DNA of 25,757 bases, from NCBI GenBank assembly GCA_039024555.1, contig JBCCQQ010000077.1, positions 1 to 25,757 on the forward strand, given 5' to 3'. Under the pieces are notes generated by a model. It did no database searches and was not told where the DNA came from. It saw only the letters and a program-made list of their open reading frames with translations. Positions 16,596-25,757 of the stretch are shown here, in pieces (position 1 is the first letter of the stretch; each line of letters begins with the position of its first letter). Both the position numbers and the translations under genes were made by a program. The stretch is from Cyanobacteria bacterium P01_D01_bin.156 (GTDB lineage: Bacteria; Cyanobacteriota; Cyanobacteriia; Phormidesmidales; Phormidesmidaceae).

Positions 16596-18719
16596 ATGGC
16601 CGGTGATGACATCAACTTTAGTCCCAAGACCTTTATGCCGGATTTGCCTCCTTCGGAGGGGGTACATCGAGATCATTTTATGGTGTGTGGTCTGGGCAGT
16701 CTCGGTCAGCAGATTATCGTTAATCTGACTAAGTTCAGTTTTGATTCCTTTGAGGTCTGTATTTCGGGTATCGACCGGCAGCCCGTAGAGGAATGGGAGG
16801 CTGAGGACCTACCGACCATGCTTCACCAACCGCCAATTGTGGGGGACTGTCGTCGTGATTATGTTCTGCAACAGGCAGGGGTAGAGCACTGCCGTGCGGT
16901 GTTGATTGTCACCAGCGATGAAAGTACCAATGTGCAAACTGCGATCGCAGTACGTCGGTTAAATCCCCATGCCCACATTGTGGTGAGATCGTCGCGCCAA
17001 GGGTTAAATCGGTTACTCAGCCGTCAGCTGGAGCGGTTTGTCGCCCTGGATGCCACTGAACTACCGGCCATGACCTTTGCCCTGGCAGGACTAGAGGATA
17101 ATACCCTCAGTGTTTTTAATATCGATACATTTCAATTTCGGGTCGTAGAGCGACAGATTACAGCCCAAGATCCACAGTATTGCAATACGCCGGTGCATCG
17201 CTTACATCGGCAAAGCATGCGACTCCTGAACCTGCACCCCGCTAATAACCCCCACCAACCCATCGGCTGGGCCACAACGGCATCGTCCATGTTCCATCGT
17301 TGGCAGCCCCATGTGCGAGTACATGCGGGAGACCAGGTAGCCTATGTGGAGGTGCAAAGCCTCACTCCCAGCCAGATTGCCAACATTCCAAAGCGCCAAC
17401 GGCCCTGGTGGGAAAAACTGCGTCAGGGTATTGGCGATCTGTTAGATGGAGAATGGCGACGACGGCTGTGGAACTTTTGGCAAAGTCCGGATCAGCATTC
17501 CTTACGACGAATGGTTGCGATCGCCCTCACTACCGCCTTAGTGCTTTGGATACTCGGTACCCTATTACTGCTATTTAACATTCCTGACATTACTCTCACC
17601 AAATCTATTGTTTTGGGGGTTGTTCTAATTTTGGGAGGGTACGGTGATGTCTTTGGAGGGTTTGAAGAAAGTGGGGCCCAGGGCTGGGTACTGATTGCCT
17701 GTTTGATGATTACGATCACCAGTTTGCTAATGGTGATTGGTGTGTTGGGGCTATTGGCCGATCAGTTGCTGAGCTCACGGTTTGAATTTTTACAGCGACG
17801 ACCTAAGGTGCCCACCGAAGACCATGTGATTGTGTTGGGTTTGGGGCGTGTGGGAAAACGCGTCATCCGCATTTTGCAAGATCTTCGACAGCCCCTCGTG
17901 GCCATTACCCATCATGTGGACAATCCTGCCCTGCGTCACCAAATTCCATTATTGGAAGGTCCGATGCTGCAGCAGTTAGAGGCAGCTAATCTGGCCACTG
18001 CCCGTAGTGTGATTGCGGTAACCGACGATCCGGTACTCAATTTGGAGATTGCCCTGATTGCCACTGAAGCTTCAGAACACAAAGCTCGTCCCTTTACTCC
18101 CGTCATTCGTACCCTCAGCCAGCTGTTCAGCGATAACATTCAGGCGTTTTTACCCCAGGCTCGTTCCTTCTCTGCCTATGCCTTATCAGCCGAAGCCTTT
18201 GCCGGTGCTGCATTTGGCGAAAATATTCTAGGGCTGTTCCGGCTCAATCAACAAACTATTCTGGTGACGGAGTACACCATTGAATATGGCGATAGCCTCA
18301 ATGGTAAACCTCTGGCGGAGATTGCCTATGGCTATGGGGTAGTGCCAATTTTGTTGCGCCAGATCCAGCCCAATGGACAGTACCACAACTATCCTATGCC
18401 CTCTGATGATATGCGGGTGAGAGTGGGAGACAACCTGTATGTGCTTTCTTCTATTAATGGATTGCGCCGCATTGAACGGGGAGAAATGACCTCACCCCGT
18501 CAGTGGTCTCTTGAAGTGGAACGGCCCCTAAATCCGAACATGGTCTCCGAAGCCAGCAACATTTTAGCCAGGTTATCCAGCCTGCAGCTCAATGACTGCC
18601 ACCGACTGATGAACACCCTACCCAACACAGTTCAGTTAGCTCTTTATGATTACCAGGCCTACCGTTTGATGCAGGAGCTTAAGCGATATGTACCTATCCG
18701 CCTGTCTCCTCTAAGATAA
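16596..18719 (+). CDS. Potassium channel-type protein with two TrkA-N/RCK modules flanking a 2-TM pore
   Basis: VCGLGSLG and VLGLGRVG Rossmann motifs, TM-GYGD-TM core, TrkA-C-like segments. Confidence 0.85.
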   Translation: MAGDDINFSPKTFMPDLPPSEGVHRDHFMVCGLGSLGQQIIVNLTKFSFDSFEVCISGIDRQPVEEWEAEDLPTMLHQPPIVGDCRRDYVLQQAGVEHCRAVLIVTSDESTNVQTAIAVRRLNPHAHIVVRSSRQGLNRLLSRQLERFVALDATELPAMTFALAGLEDNTLSVFNIDTFQFRVVERQITAQDPQYCNTPVHRLHRQSMRLLNLHPANNPHQPIGWATTASSMFHRWQPHVRVHAGDQVAYVEVQSLTPSQIANIPKRQRPWWEKLRQGIGDLLDGEWRRRLWNFWQSPDQHSLRRMVAIALTTALVLWILGTLLLLFNIPDITLTKSIVLGVVLILGGYGDVFGGFEESGAQGWVLIACLMITITSLLMVIGVLGLLADQLLSSRFEFLQRRPKVPTEDHVIVLGLGRVGKRVIRILQDLRQPLVAITHHVDNPALRHQIPLLEGPMLQQLEAANLATARSVIAVTDDPVLNLEIALIATEASEHKARPFTPVIRTLSQLFSDNIQAFLPQARSFSAYALSAEAFAGAAFGENILGLFRLNQQTILVTEYTIEYGDSLNGKPLAEIAYGYGVVPILLRQIQPNGQYHNYPMPSDDMRVRVGDNLYVLSSINGLRRIERGEMTSPRQWSLEVERPLNPNMVSEASNILARLSSLQLNDCHRLMNTLPNTVQLALYDYQAYRLMQELKRYVPIRLSPLR

Positions 18720-19154
18720 TTCTCAGAATCTTTTACCGTTTGATGGCGTCCTTCCTGTAGATATACGGTCTTATCTAAACATTTGGCATACTAGGGACTT
18801 ATCTTTACCTACTCAAATATTGGGTCGATGAGGCTAGAGCACTAGCTCCGACTTAATCTTTTAAGACAGCTCTAAGCCAAGTAAACCCATTGAAAATAGA
18901 GAAACTGAACATTAGTCGCTAAGCATCTGAACGATTTATTAAAGACTGATTAGCAACTGCATTAATTAATTCGTCTCCATACACGGGCAACTTAACTGTT
19001 TAAGGTGTTGTTGCCTAGTCTGTGCTGTCGCAAGTTAAGAAGTGTTGACTTCTCAACGTTTTCTAATTATTTACTTCGATGCTGGTAAAAGTACCCTCTG
19101 GGTAGCGATGTGGCTGCTAGAAAGGGGCTTGGGTATATGCGGAGGAGTGAGTAA

Positions 19155-21341
19155 ATGTCTGGTCGGGTCAACTCGCCAACGGTTCTACAGATGGAGGCGG
19201 TGGAATGTGGTGCCGCTGCCTTGAGCATGGTGTTGGGGTACTACGGACGCTATGTGCCGTTGGCGGAATTGCGCCATGCCTGTGGTGTTTCCCGAGATGG
19301 GGTGACGGCAGCTAACGTACTAAAGGCGGCCCGAACCTACGGTTTAGATGCCAAGGGGTTTAAGAAGAGTTTGACCAGTCTGGAAGAGCTAAAACCCCCA
19401 TTCATTGTGTTTTGGCATTTTAATCACTTTTTGGTGGTGGATGGATTTACGACTAAGCACGTATACCTCAATGACCCAGCTACCGGACCTCGCAAAGTTA
19501 CCCGACAAGAATTTGATGATGGTTACACGGGGATTGCCCTGACATTTTCACCGACGGATGCCTTTGAAAAAGGGGGGCGAAAACCTAATGTTACGGGCTC
19601 TCTGGTGCGACGGCTGGGGGGATCTATCGGAGCTCTACTCTACTGCACCCTGGCGGGATTTTTGCTGGTATTGCCCACCATCGCTCTACCGGCATTTAGC
19701 CGCATCTACATTGACAATATTTTGCTGGCTAAGCGTTTGGACTGGTTGCCCTATGTGCTGTTGGGCATTGCCTTAATTGTCATTGTGCAGGGCCTATTGA
19801 CCATGCTACAGCTGCGCTTTTTGCGAGCGCTACGAATTAAGCTAGCAGTGGGGATGGCTAGTCGATTTGTATGGCATGTGCTGCAGCTGCCCGTGGGGTT
19901 CTATGCCCAGCGGTTTGCCGGAGAGATTACTAGCCGCATTGCCTTGAACGACAGTGTTGCCAGTATTTTGTCGGGGCGATTGATCACCACAGTGATTAGT
20001 TCAGTAATGGTGGTGTTTTATGCGATCGCAATGCTCCAGTACGACATTCTCCTCACCGTGATTGTGATCGCGTTTGCCCTAATTAATGTCGGGGTGCTGC
20101 AGTGGGTTTCCCGCCAGCGAAAAGACGCTAACCTGCGATTGGTGCAGGAGTACGGCAAGGCATCGGGTATTGCCGTAGCCGGACTCCAAGGCATGGAAAC
20201 CCTTAAGGCTGGGGGCATCGAATCGGACTTTTTTGCCCGCTGGGCGGGCTACCATACCAAAGCCGTCAATGCACAGCAAAATTTAGGGTTGGCGAATCGA
20301 GTCATTGGTCTGTTGCCATCGTTGTTGTCCACACTTTCGGCTCTATCCCTTTTGATCATTGGTGGTTTACGTATTATTAACGGCAGTCTCACCGTCGGTA
20401 TGCTGGTGGCATTTCAGCTGCTGATGCAAAGCTTCCAGGGACCGGTCAATTCTCTCGTGAATTTTGCAGGTACCCTACAGACATTACAGGGAAACCTTGA
20501 CCGTCTGGATGATGTCTTAGAAAACGAAACTGATGTAGCCTTCTGTTCCCATTGCAAACATAATGTTTCTGAAGAAGAAGAAGCTGCTAAGAATCATCGT
20601 CTCTCAGGGCTAATGGAGATTCGTGAGCTTTCCTTTGGCTACAGTCCTCTCGATCGTCCCCTTATTGAAAACTTTAACCTCACCATTAAACCAGGACAGC
20701 GAATTGCGCTGGTGGGTGGCAGCGGCTCGGGCAAATCTACTCTGGCTAAAGTGATTGCCGGTCTCTATCAGCCCCGCAGCGGTGACATCTGTTTTGATGG
20801 CCGTCCACGGCAAGAAATTTCCCAAGCGACATTAACCAACTCTATTGCCATGGTAGAACAGGATATTCTCCTGTTTGCTGGGAGCGTGCGAGATAATCTC
20901 ACCCTTTGGGATGACACCGTACCTGACGAAGACCTGCAGCAAGCGTGTCAAGATGCCGCCATTGAAGACGTGATTTTGGCCATGCCCTACGGCTACGATG
21001 CCAAACTATTGGAGGGAGGACAAAACCTCAGCGGTGGCCAGCGTCAGCGCCTAGAAATTGCCCGTGCCCTAGTGAACAATCCATCGATTTTGATCATGGA
21101 CGAAGCCACTAGCGCCCTGGATACGGAAACCGAGAAAATAATCGACCAGAACCTGCGACGACGGGGGTGCACCTGTATTATCGTGGCCCACCGATTGAGC
21201 ACCATTCGAGATGCTGATCAAATCATTGTATTAGAGCATGGCAAAGTAGTGCAGCGAGGCACCCACGATGATCTTTGGCAACAGGAAGGCCACTACGGAG
21301 ACTTAATTCGTAGTTCAGGAGCAGCATTAGCCGTGGCCTAG
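19155..21341 (+). CDS. NHLP/NHLM bacteriocin export ABC transporter, C39 peptidase/permease/ATPase
   Basis: PTVLQMEAVECGAA (catalytic Cys18), FNHFLVV, LNDPA; GGSGSGKST, LSGGQRQR, IMDEATSALD; GGAGGA RBS at 19141-19146. Confidence 0.95.
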   Translation: MSGRVNSPTVLQMEAVECGAAALSMVLGYYGRYVPLAELRHACGVSRDGVTAANVLKAARTYGLDAKGFKKSLTSLEELKPPFIVFWHFNHFLVVDGFTTKHVYLNDPATGPRKVTRQEFDDGYTGIALTFSPTDAFEKGGRKPNVTGSLVRRLGGSIGALLYCTLAGFLLVLPTIALPAFSRIYIDNILLAKRLDWLPYVLLGIALIVIVQGLLTMLQLRFLRALRIKLAVGMASRFVWHVLQLPVGFYAQRFAGEITSRIALNDSVASILSGRLITTVISSVMVVFYAIAMLQYDILLTVIVIAFALINVGVLQWVSRQRKDANLRLVQEYGKASGIAVAGLQGMETLKAGGIESDFFARWAGYHTKAVNAQQNLGLANRVIGLLPSLLSTLSALSLLIIGGLRIINGSLTVGMLVAFQLLMQSFQGPVNSLVNFAGTLQTLQGNLDRLDDVLENETDVAFCSHCKHNVSEEEEAAKNHRLSGLMEIRELSFGYSPLDRPLIENFNLTIKPGQRIALVGGSGSGKSTLAKVIAGLYQPRSGDICFDGRPRQEISQATLTNSIAMVEQDILLFAGSVRDNLTLWDDTVPDEDLQQACQDAAIEDVILAMPYGYDAKLLEGGQNLSGGQRQRLEIARALVNNPSILIMDEATSALDTETEKIIDQNLRRRGCTCIIVAHRLSTIRDADQIIVLEHGKVVQRGTHDDLWQQEGHYGDLIRSSGAALAVA

Positions 21342-21413
21342 CTGAAACAGCTTCTTTAAACGGTTGTCTTAGAAAACTCTTTAAGTAGAACTCTTTTTTG
21401 ATCCGGTAATGTC

Positions 21414-24314
21414 ATGGTTCTTGCAGATTCCCAAAGCACCTCTTCTAACAGCACTGGTGTTCGCTCCATCAACAGTAACGAGGTTTTTCCCTTAGTATCT
21501 TCTGGTCTATGGCGAGTGAACTCAGGTCGTCTGGGCATTTTTGTTGTAGGTTGGAAAAATGGTGAACCCGTAGGAGAGCGTCGCTATTTGTGGACCGTGG
21601 GTGTAGACGAGCTGATTATTGGTACAGAGGCTCGCACCTGTGACTTGGCATTGGTAGCCGTTGCTTTTGAACCCAGTGATATTGAGCCAGTGGGTGGCAT
21701 GGGGGCTGCCAACGACACAATCTGTGGCCATGTGACTATTCCCCTTTTGCGACAGGTAGAGCGTTGGGTAGGAGAACTCACCCACGTCAAAGGATTTCCT
21801 GGACGCTCCATTGTGGAAGTCTCCGACGCGGTTCAGTTCGTAACAATAGAGGCGGGCAATGGCTATAGTCCAAAAACCGCCATGATGTGGGTAAAACCCA
21901 CGCAGGGTACTGTTCAATGGCTGGATGGAGAGGAGTTTATTCTACAGCCGTCATCGCCGCTGTTCCCGATTTCCCGTTCTACGTGGGTACGTGCCCAGGA
22001 CCAGCCAGTGGAGCTAGATGTAGTCTCCGCCAATCAGCTCTGTAATAAAAGCTCCTACGGTGATTTTATCCAAGGTCTAAATCTGTTTCATCAGTATGCC
22101 TTGGAGCTAATTGAAGAAGGCTGGCAGTCGGATCGTCAGCGGGGAGAACAACAGTTTACCGCGCGGCAACAGCTCAACCAAGATGTCACAGAAACTACCC
22201 TGCAGGGGCTAGTCTCTGTGCTACAGCAGGATTCAGGGGACTACTTGCTAGCAGAGACCCCCCTGCTGCGAGTGGCTGGAGCTGTAGGTCATGCCCTAGG
22301 GGTGAAGATTAAGCCACCAGCAGATTCTGAGCGGGGACAACAGTCTAAAGAACCGTTGGAGACCATTGCTCGGTCCTCTCAGCTACGACTGCGGCAGGTG
22401 TTGTTACGGGGGCGCTGGTGGCGAGAGGATGCGGGTCCTCTAGTGGCCTACACCCAGGAAAATCGTCGTCCGGTGGCATTGTTGCCAGTACGGCAAACCC
22501 ACTATGAACTGCTAGAGGCTACGGGCAAACGTGCCGTGGTCAATGAAGCCGTTGCCAGAACAGTGGAACCGGTGGCCTTCATGTTTTATCGTCCCTTGCC
22601 GGATGGTCAGCTAAACGCTTGGGCTTTGCTGAAGTTTGCCTTTCAGGGACGACAGCGGGATTTGCTTGTGGTGGCCCTGGCTGGAATAGTCGTCACACTG
22701 CTAGGAATGGTGGTACCCCAGATGACAGCAGTCCTAGTGGATGATGCGATTCCCTTTGGTAGTGCTGGGTTGTTGTTGCAAATTGGTTTGGCCCTAGTGG
22801 CTGTAGCCATTGGTCGAGCCAGTTTTCAGCTGGTGCAGGCGATTACCACAATGCGGTTGGAAACCGGCTCCGATGTGACATTGCAAGCAGCAGTGTGGGA
22901 TCGGTTACTCAAGCTGCGCACGTCATTCTTCCGCCAATATCCCACTGGGGATCTGTTGTCGCGGGTATCCAGTATTACCTCCATTCGTCGTATTCTCAGC
23001 GGTTCGGCCCTAGATGCCATTTTGTCGGGAACGTTTGCGCTACTAAATTTAGGGCTGTTGTTCTATTACAGTACCGAGCTAGCCATTTTAGCCCTAGGAG
23101 TAGCTCTTTTGATTATGGTGGTGACTATCACCTCTGGTGCGTTGTTGCTCAAAAAACAGCGACCGATTCTGGAGCTAAAAGGAGAACTCTATGGTTTGAT
23201 GGTGCAGCTAATTAATGGTGTGTCCAAGCTGCGTATTGCTGGTGCAGAATCTCGGGCTTTTGCCCAATGGGGAGGGAAATATCGCCGACTATTGGAGATT
23301 GAGCTCAGTACCCAACGGTTGGAAGACTCGGTTAATGTTTTTAATACGGTTATTCCCACGGTGACTACCATTGCACTGTTTTGGTTAGCTAGTACCCTGG
23401 TCGGTCCGTTAGAGCTGACTACCGGTCGATTCTTAGCGTTTAATGCTGCCTTTGCCATTTTTATCAGCGGCGTGACCAGTCTGAGTTTGACCATGATCGA
23501 TGTATTGGATGTGATTCCATTGTGGATGCGATCGCAGCCCATTCTAGAAGCTCACCCCGAAGTCACCACCGAAAAAACCGACCCAGGCCAATTAACGGGT
23601 GCATTTTGTGTTGATCACGTCACTTTCCGATATCGCGATGATGGCCCACTGATTCTAAATGATGTCACCGTTGAAGCTAAGCCTGGCGAGTTCATAGCCT
23701 TAGTGGGACCGTCAGGATCAGGTAAGTCCACAGTATTACGGCTATTACTCGGGTTTGAACATCCCCAATCGGGTACGGTGTATTACGACGGTCGGGATAT
23801 GTGTGGTCTAAACTTGACAGCTATCCGACGACAGTTAGGTGTAGTGTTACAAAACGGTCACATTAGTGCTGGATCCATTTTTGAAAATATTTCTGGCGGT
23901 GCCTTGATCACCCAGGACGATGCATGGCGTGCTGCTGAGATGGCAGGCTTTGCCGATGATGTACGCAGCTTTCCGATGCAGTTGCATACCGTTATTAGTG
24001 AAGGTGGCGGTAACCTATCTGGCGGACAGCGTCAGCGATTGATTATCGCTAGAGCATTAGCCTTGAATCCAAAATTATTATTGCTTGATGAAGCCACTAG
24101 CGCCTTGGATAATCGAACCCAGGCCATTGTCAGTGAAAGTTTAGATCGGCTAAACGTAACGCGAGTAGTTGTAGCGCATCGATTAAGTACAATTCGCAAT
24201 GCCGATCGAATTTATGTAATTAAAGCCGGTCGCGTAGTACAGGTTGGTAACTTTGATGAACTAGCGAAACAGCCAGGTGTCTTTGCCGAACTCATTAAGC
24301 GACAGCTAGCCTAA
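21414..24314 (+). CDS. NHLP/NHLM bacteriocin system ABC transporter, permease/ATPase subunit
   Basis: IARSSQLRLRQVLL...WW..DAGPL degenerate peptidase-like region, QAAVWDRLL, GPSGSGKST, LSGGQRQR, DEATSALDN. Confidence 0.93.
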   Translation: MVLADSQSTSSNSTGVRSINSNEVFPLVSSGLWRVNSGRLGIFVVGWKNGEPVGERRYLWTVGVDELIIGTEARTCDLALVAVAFEPSDIEPVGGMGAANDTICGHVTIPLLRQVERWVGELTHVKGFPGRSIVEVSDAVQFVTIEAGNGYSPKTAMMWVKPTQGTVQWLDGEEFILQPSSPLFPISRSTWVRAQDQPVELDVVSANQLCNKSSYGDFIQGLNLFHQYALELIEEGWQSDRQRGEQQFTARQQLNQDVTETTLQGLVSVLQQDSGDYLLAETPLLRVAGAVGHALGVKIKPPADSERGQQSKEPLETIARSSQLRLRQVLLRGRWWREDAGPLVAYTQENRRPVALLPVRQTHYELLEATGKRAVVNEAVARTVEPVAFMFYRPLPDGQLNAWALLKFAFQGRQRDLLVVALAGIVVTLLGMVVPQMTAVLVDDAIPFGSAGLLLQIGLALVAVAIGRASFQLVQAITTMRLETGSDVTLQAAVWDRLLKLRTSFFRQYPTGDLLSRVSSITSIRRILSGSALDAILSGTFALLNLGLLFYYSTELAILALGVALLIMVVTITSGALLLKKQRPILELKGELYGLMVQLINGVSKLRIAGAESRAFAQWGGKYRRLLEIELSTQRLEDSVNVFNTVIPTVTTIALFWLASTLVGPLELTTGRFLAFNAAFAIFISGVTSLSLTMIDVLDVIPLWMRSQPILEAHPEVTTEKTDPGQLTGAFCVDHVTFRYRDDGPLILNDVTVEAKPGEFIALVGPSGSGKSTVLRLLLGFEHPQSGTVYYDGRDMCGLNLTAIRRQLGVVLQNGHISAGSIFENISGGALITQDDAWRAAEMAGFADDVRSFPMQLHTVISEGGGNLSGGQRQRLIIARALALNPKLLLLDEATSALDNRTQAIVSESLDRLNVTRVVVAHRLSTIRNADRIYVIKAGRVVQVGNFDELAKQPGVFAELIKRQLA

Positions 24315-24406
24315 ATTCAAACCTTTTTTCTTCACTATTTATATAGTTTTCAATGTGTCTGTCAATGATAAGGCGATTGCACAAAAATAAAATTCCAAGC
24401 AGGATT

Positions 24407-24545
24407 TTATTAAGCAACGTCCTCCCCTTAACAAGGGGAGGTGCCTTAGGCGGAGGGGTCTTCGGCCATTTGCGCTAGTTTTCCAGACCCCTCCCTGACG
24501 GTTCCCCTTGCCAAGGGGAACCAGGTATCGCTAAGCCTTATTAAG
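24407..24545. repeat. Multi-hairpin dispersed repeat (REP/MITE-like) flanked by TTATTAAG direct repeats
   Basis: CCTCCCCTT-AAC-AAGGGGAGG (24421-24441), GGAGGGGTCT/AGACCCCTCC (24452-24461, 24485-24494), GGTTCCCCTT-GCC-AAGGGGAACC (24500-24522); TTATTAAG at 24407-24414 and 24538-24545. Confidence 0.7.
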
Positions 24546-24586
24546 GTGTCTTATTTTCACGCACTTACCTTACCTAGCTATTTCCT

Positions 24587-25756
24587 CTAGATAAAGGCCA
24601 CTTCAGGTATGAGGACATTTAGATGATCGTGGTCATGGTCATGACCAAAATGATCATGACCATCGGCCACCAGATTACTGACGCCCACATTGGCAGTACT
24701 ACCAACACTATTGGCAGTACTGCCAACGCTATTAGAAGCACCGATAGATGAGGCAGGTGGAATGTAAAGATCGGCAGCCTCAAAATCAACTGTATAGCCA
24801 ATATCAGCAAGCGAGGCAATGGTCACTTCACTAATGGGATTTACACTGTCGGAGTCTAGAAAACCTGTCATTAATTCGTTCCCGAATACCGATTCTCTCC
24901 AATGACTATCCCGTGTGCCGGGTGATCCTGTATTTGCGAGGGGAACTGACTCCTCAGTAACGCCAAAGATGTCATTGTATGCGGTGGTTGTCTGTTCACC
25001 AGTAAACCTTGGGTCGTCTGATCCTGCATCCGTTAGCAGATCAAATAAGCCATCTCCCCAAAGAGTGCCAATTCCTAAAACATGTCCCATTTCATGCAGG
25101 ATCACATTTTCCAACTGACCATTCTCTTCTAAATTATCTACATCAGCTACATCGAAGGACATTACCCCTGTAACGGGTAAGAAAGAATCGCTTCGGATGA
25201 GGGTAGGACCCGCTTGCCCTAAAATGCCGCTTACTCCATCAATCTCAGGTGCACTGGCCTCGATTACTATATCGTCAACCACGCCAAGTTCGTCATTTAC
25301 AAAGACATCGGGAATATCTTCAATGATGATCTCTTCCCAACGGTTAGCAGCGCTGGTAAACAGCGCCTGTTGGGATTCGGTAAAACTATCATCTGTAAAA
25401 ACAATATCTATATTAAATGTAGAGATTGGCGGTGGTGCATTGACCGTAAAGGTTACCGTCGTAACTGCTGAATCCTCTGTCCCGTCATTAGCAACATAGG
25501 TAAAACTATCTGTGCCGCTAAAATCCTCATCAGGGATGTATGCTAAGAAGCCACTAGGATCTAGCAGTAGAGTTCCATTGCTAACATCATCCACTAGCGT
25601 GACAGTAAGCGCATCGCCATCGGCATCACTATCATTACTCAGAATGCCAGGTGCCTTGATTGAAAAAGTAGTGCCAGTATCTAGGGTAAAGCTGTCATCG
25701 TTTGCCACTGGAGCTGTATTAACAGGTGGCTCGTTGACAGTGAAGGTTACCGTAGC
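24587..25756 (-). CDS. 3' part of a large secreted/surface protein: cadherin-like Ig (Big_9-type) repeat(s) plus leishmanolysin-like Zn metalloprotease; 5'-truncated by the window edge
   Basis: Frame is open to the window end (ATVTFTVNEPPVNTAPVANDDSF); GILSNDSDADGD...DSFTY.ANDG repeat; HEMGHVLGIG, SHWRES, NELMT. Confidence 0.88.
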   Translation of the reverse strand, partial: ATVTFTVNEPPVNTAPVANDDSFTLDTGTTFSIKAPGILSNDSDADGDALTVTLVDDVSNGTLLLDPSGFLAYIPDEDFSGTDSFTYVANDGTEDSAVTTVTFTVNAPPPISTFNIDIVFTDDSFTESQQALFTSAANRWEEIIIEDIPDVFVNDELGVVDDIVIEASAPEIDGVSGILGQAGPTLIRSDSFLPVTGVMSFDVADVDNLEENGQLENVILHEMGHVLGIGTLWGDGLFDLLTDAGSDDPRFTGEQTTTAYNDIFGVTEESVPLANTGSPGTRDSHWRESVFGNELMTGFLDSDSVNPISEVTIASLADIGYTVDFEAADLYIPPASSIGASNSVGSTANSVGSTANVGVSNLVADGHDHFGHDHDHDHLNVLIPEVAFI

Positions 25757-25757
25757 A

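Larger units (their letters stand above)
5433..23535. repeat. HIP1 octamer GCGATCGC, dispersed copies
   Basis: Seen at 5433, 5552, 7299, 7804, 8562, 11281, 13040, 16941, 17517, 20022, 23528 (manual count, may be incomplete). Confidence 0.9.

Noticed and set aside
19042..19224. 60-aa ORF upstream of and overlapping the C39 transporter, as a possible precursor or HlyD remnant
   Set aside because: No GG-leader pattern or HlyD similarity visible; overlaps the transporter start out of frame
1..25757. CRISPR arrays, tRNA/rRNA genes, transposases, integrases
   Set aside because: None seen on manual reading; no regularly spaced repeats or recognisable motifs

Overview
Cyanobacterial chromosomal DNA: at least 11 HIP1 (GCGATCGC) sites, plus the housekeeping genes aroC and dut. 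Left to right: a structured leader and a small conserved protein; a light-signalling cluster (tandem-Cys knotted phytochrome kinase, Rcp1-type regulator, hybrid REC-GAF kinase); DUF3493, lipase and membrane-protein genes; aroC; an M23 peptidase; an MBL hydrolase and dut. At the centre is a ParM-like actin ATPase coupled to a ParR-like partner, with no plasmid genes and no visible parC array, and a LexA-type box upstream. Divergent from it is a 56-aa double-glycine-leader peptide followed by an unknown HxCxCxxH protein. Then come two hypothetical genes, an RCK-domain K+ channel, the two ABC genes of an NHLP/NHLM peptide exporter with no adjacent HlyD gene, a palindromic dispersed repeat, and the 3' end of a large Ig-repeat Zn-metalloprotease gene. 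The two strongest leads are the chromosome-resident ParMR pair, possibly a repurposed CorMR-like cytoskeleton, and the peptide/orphan-protein/C39-exporter set, a candidate new RiPP or secreted-peptide system. All calls come from motif reading and recalled family knowledge; no searches were run.
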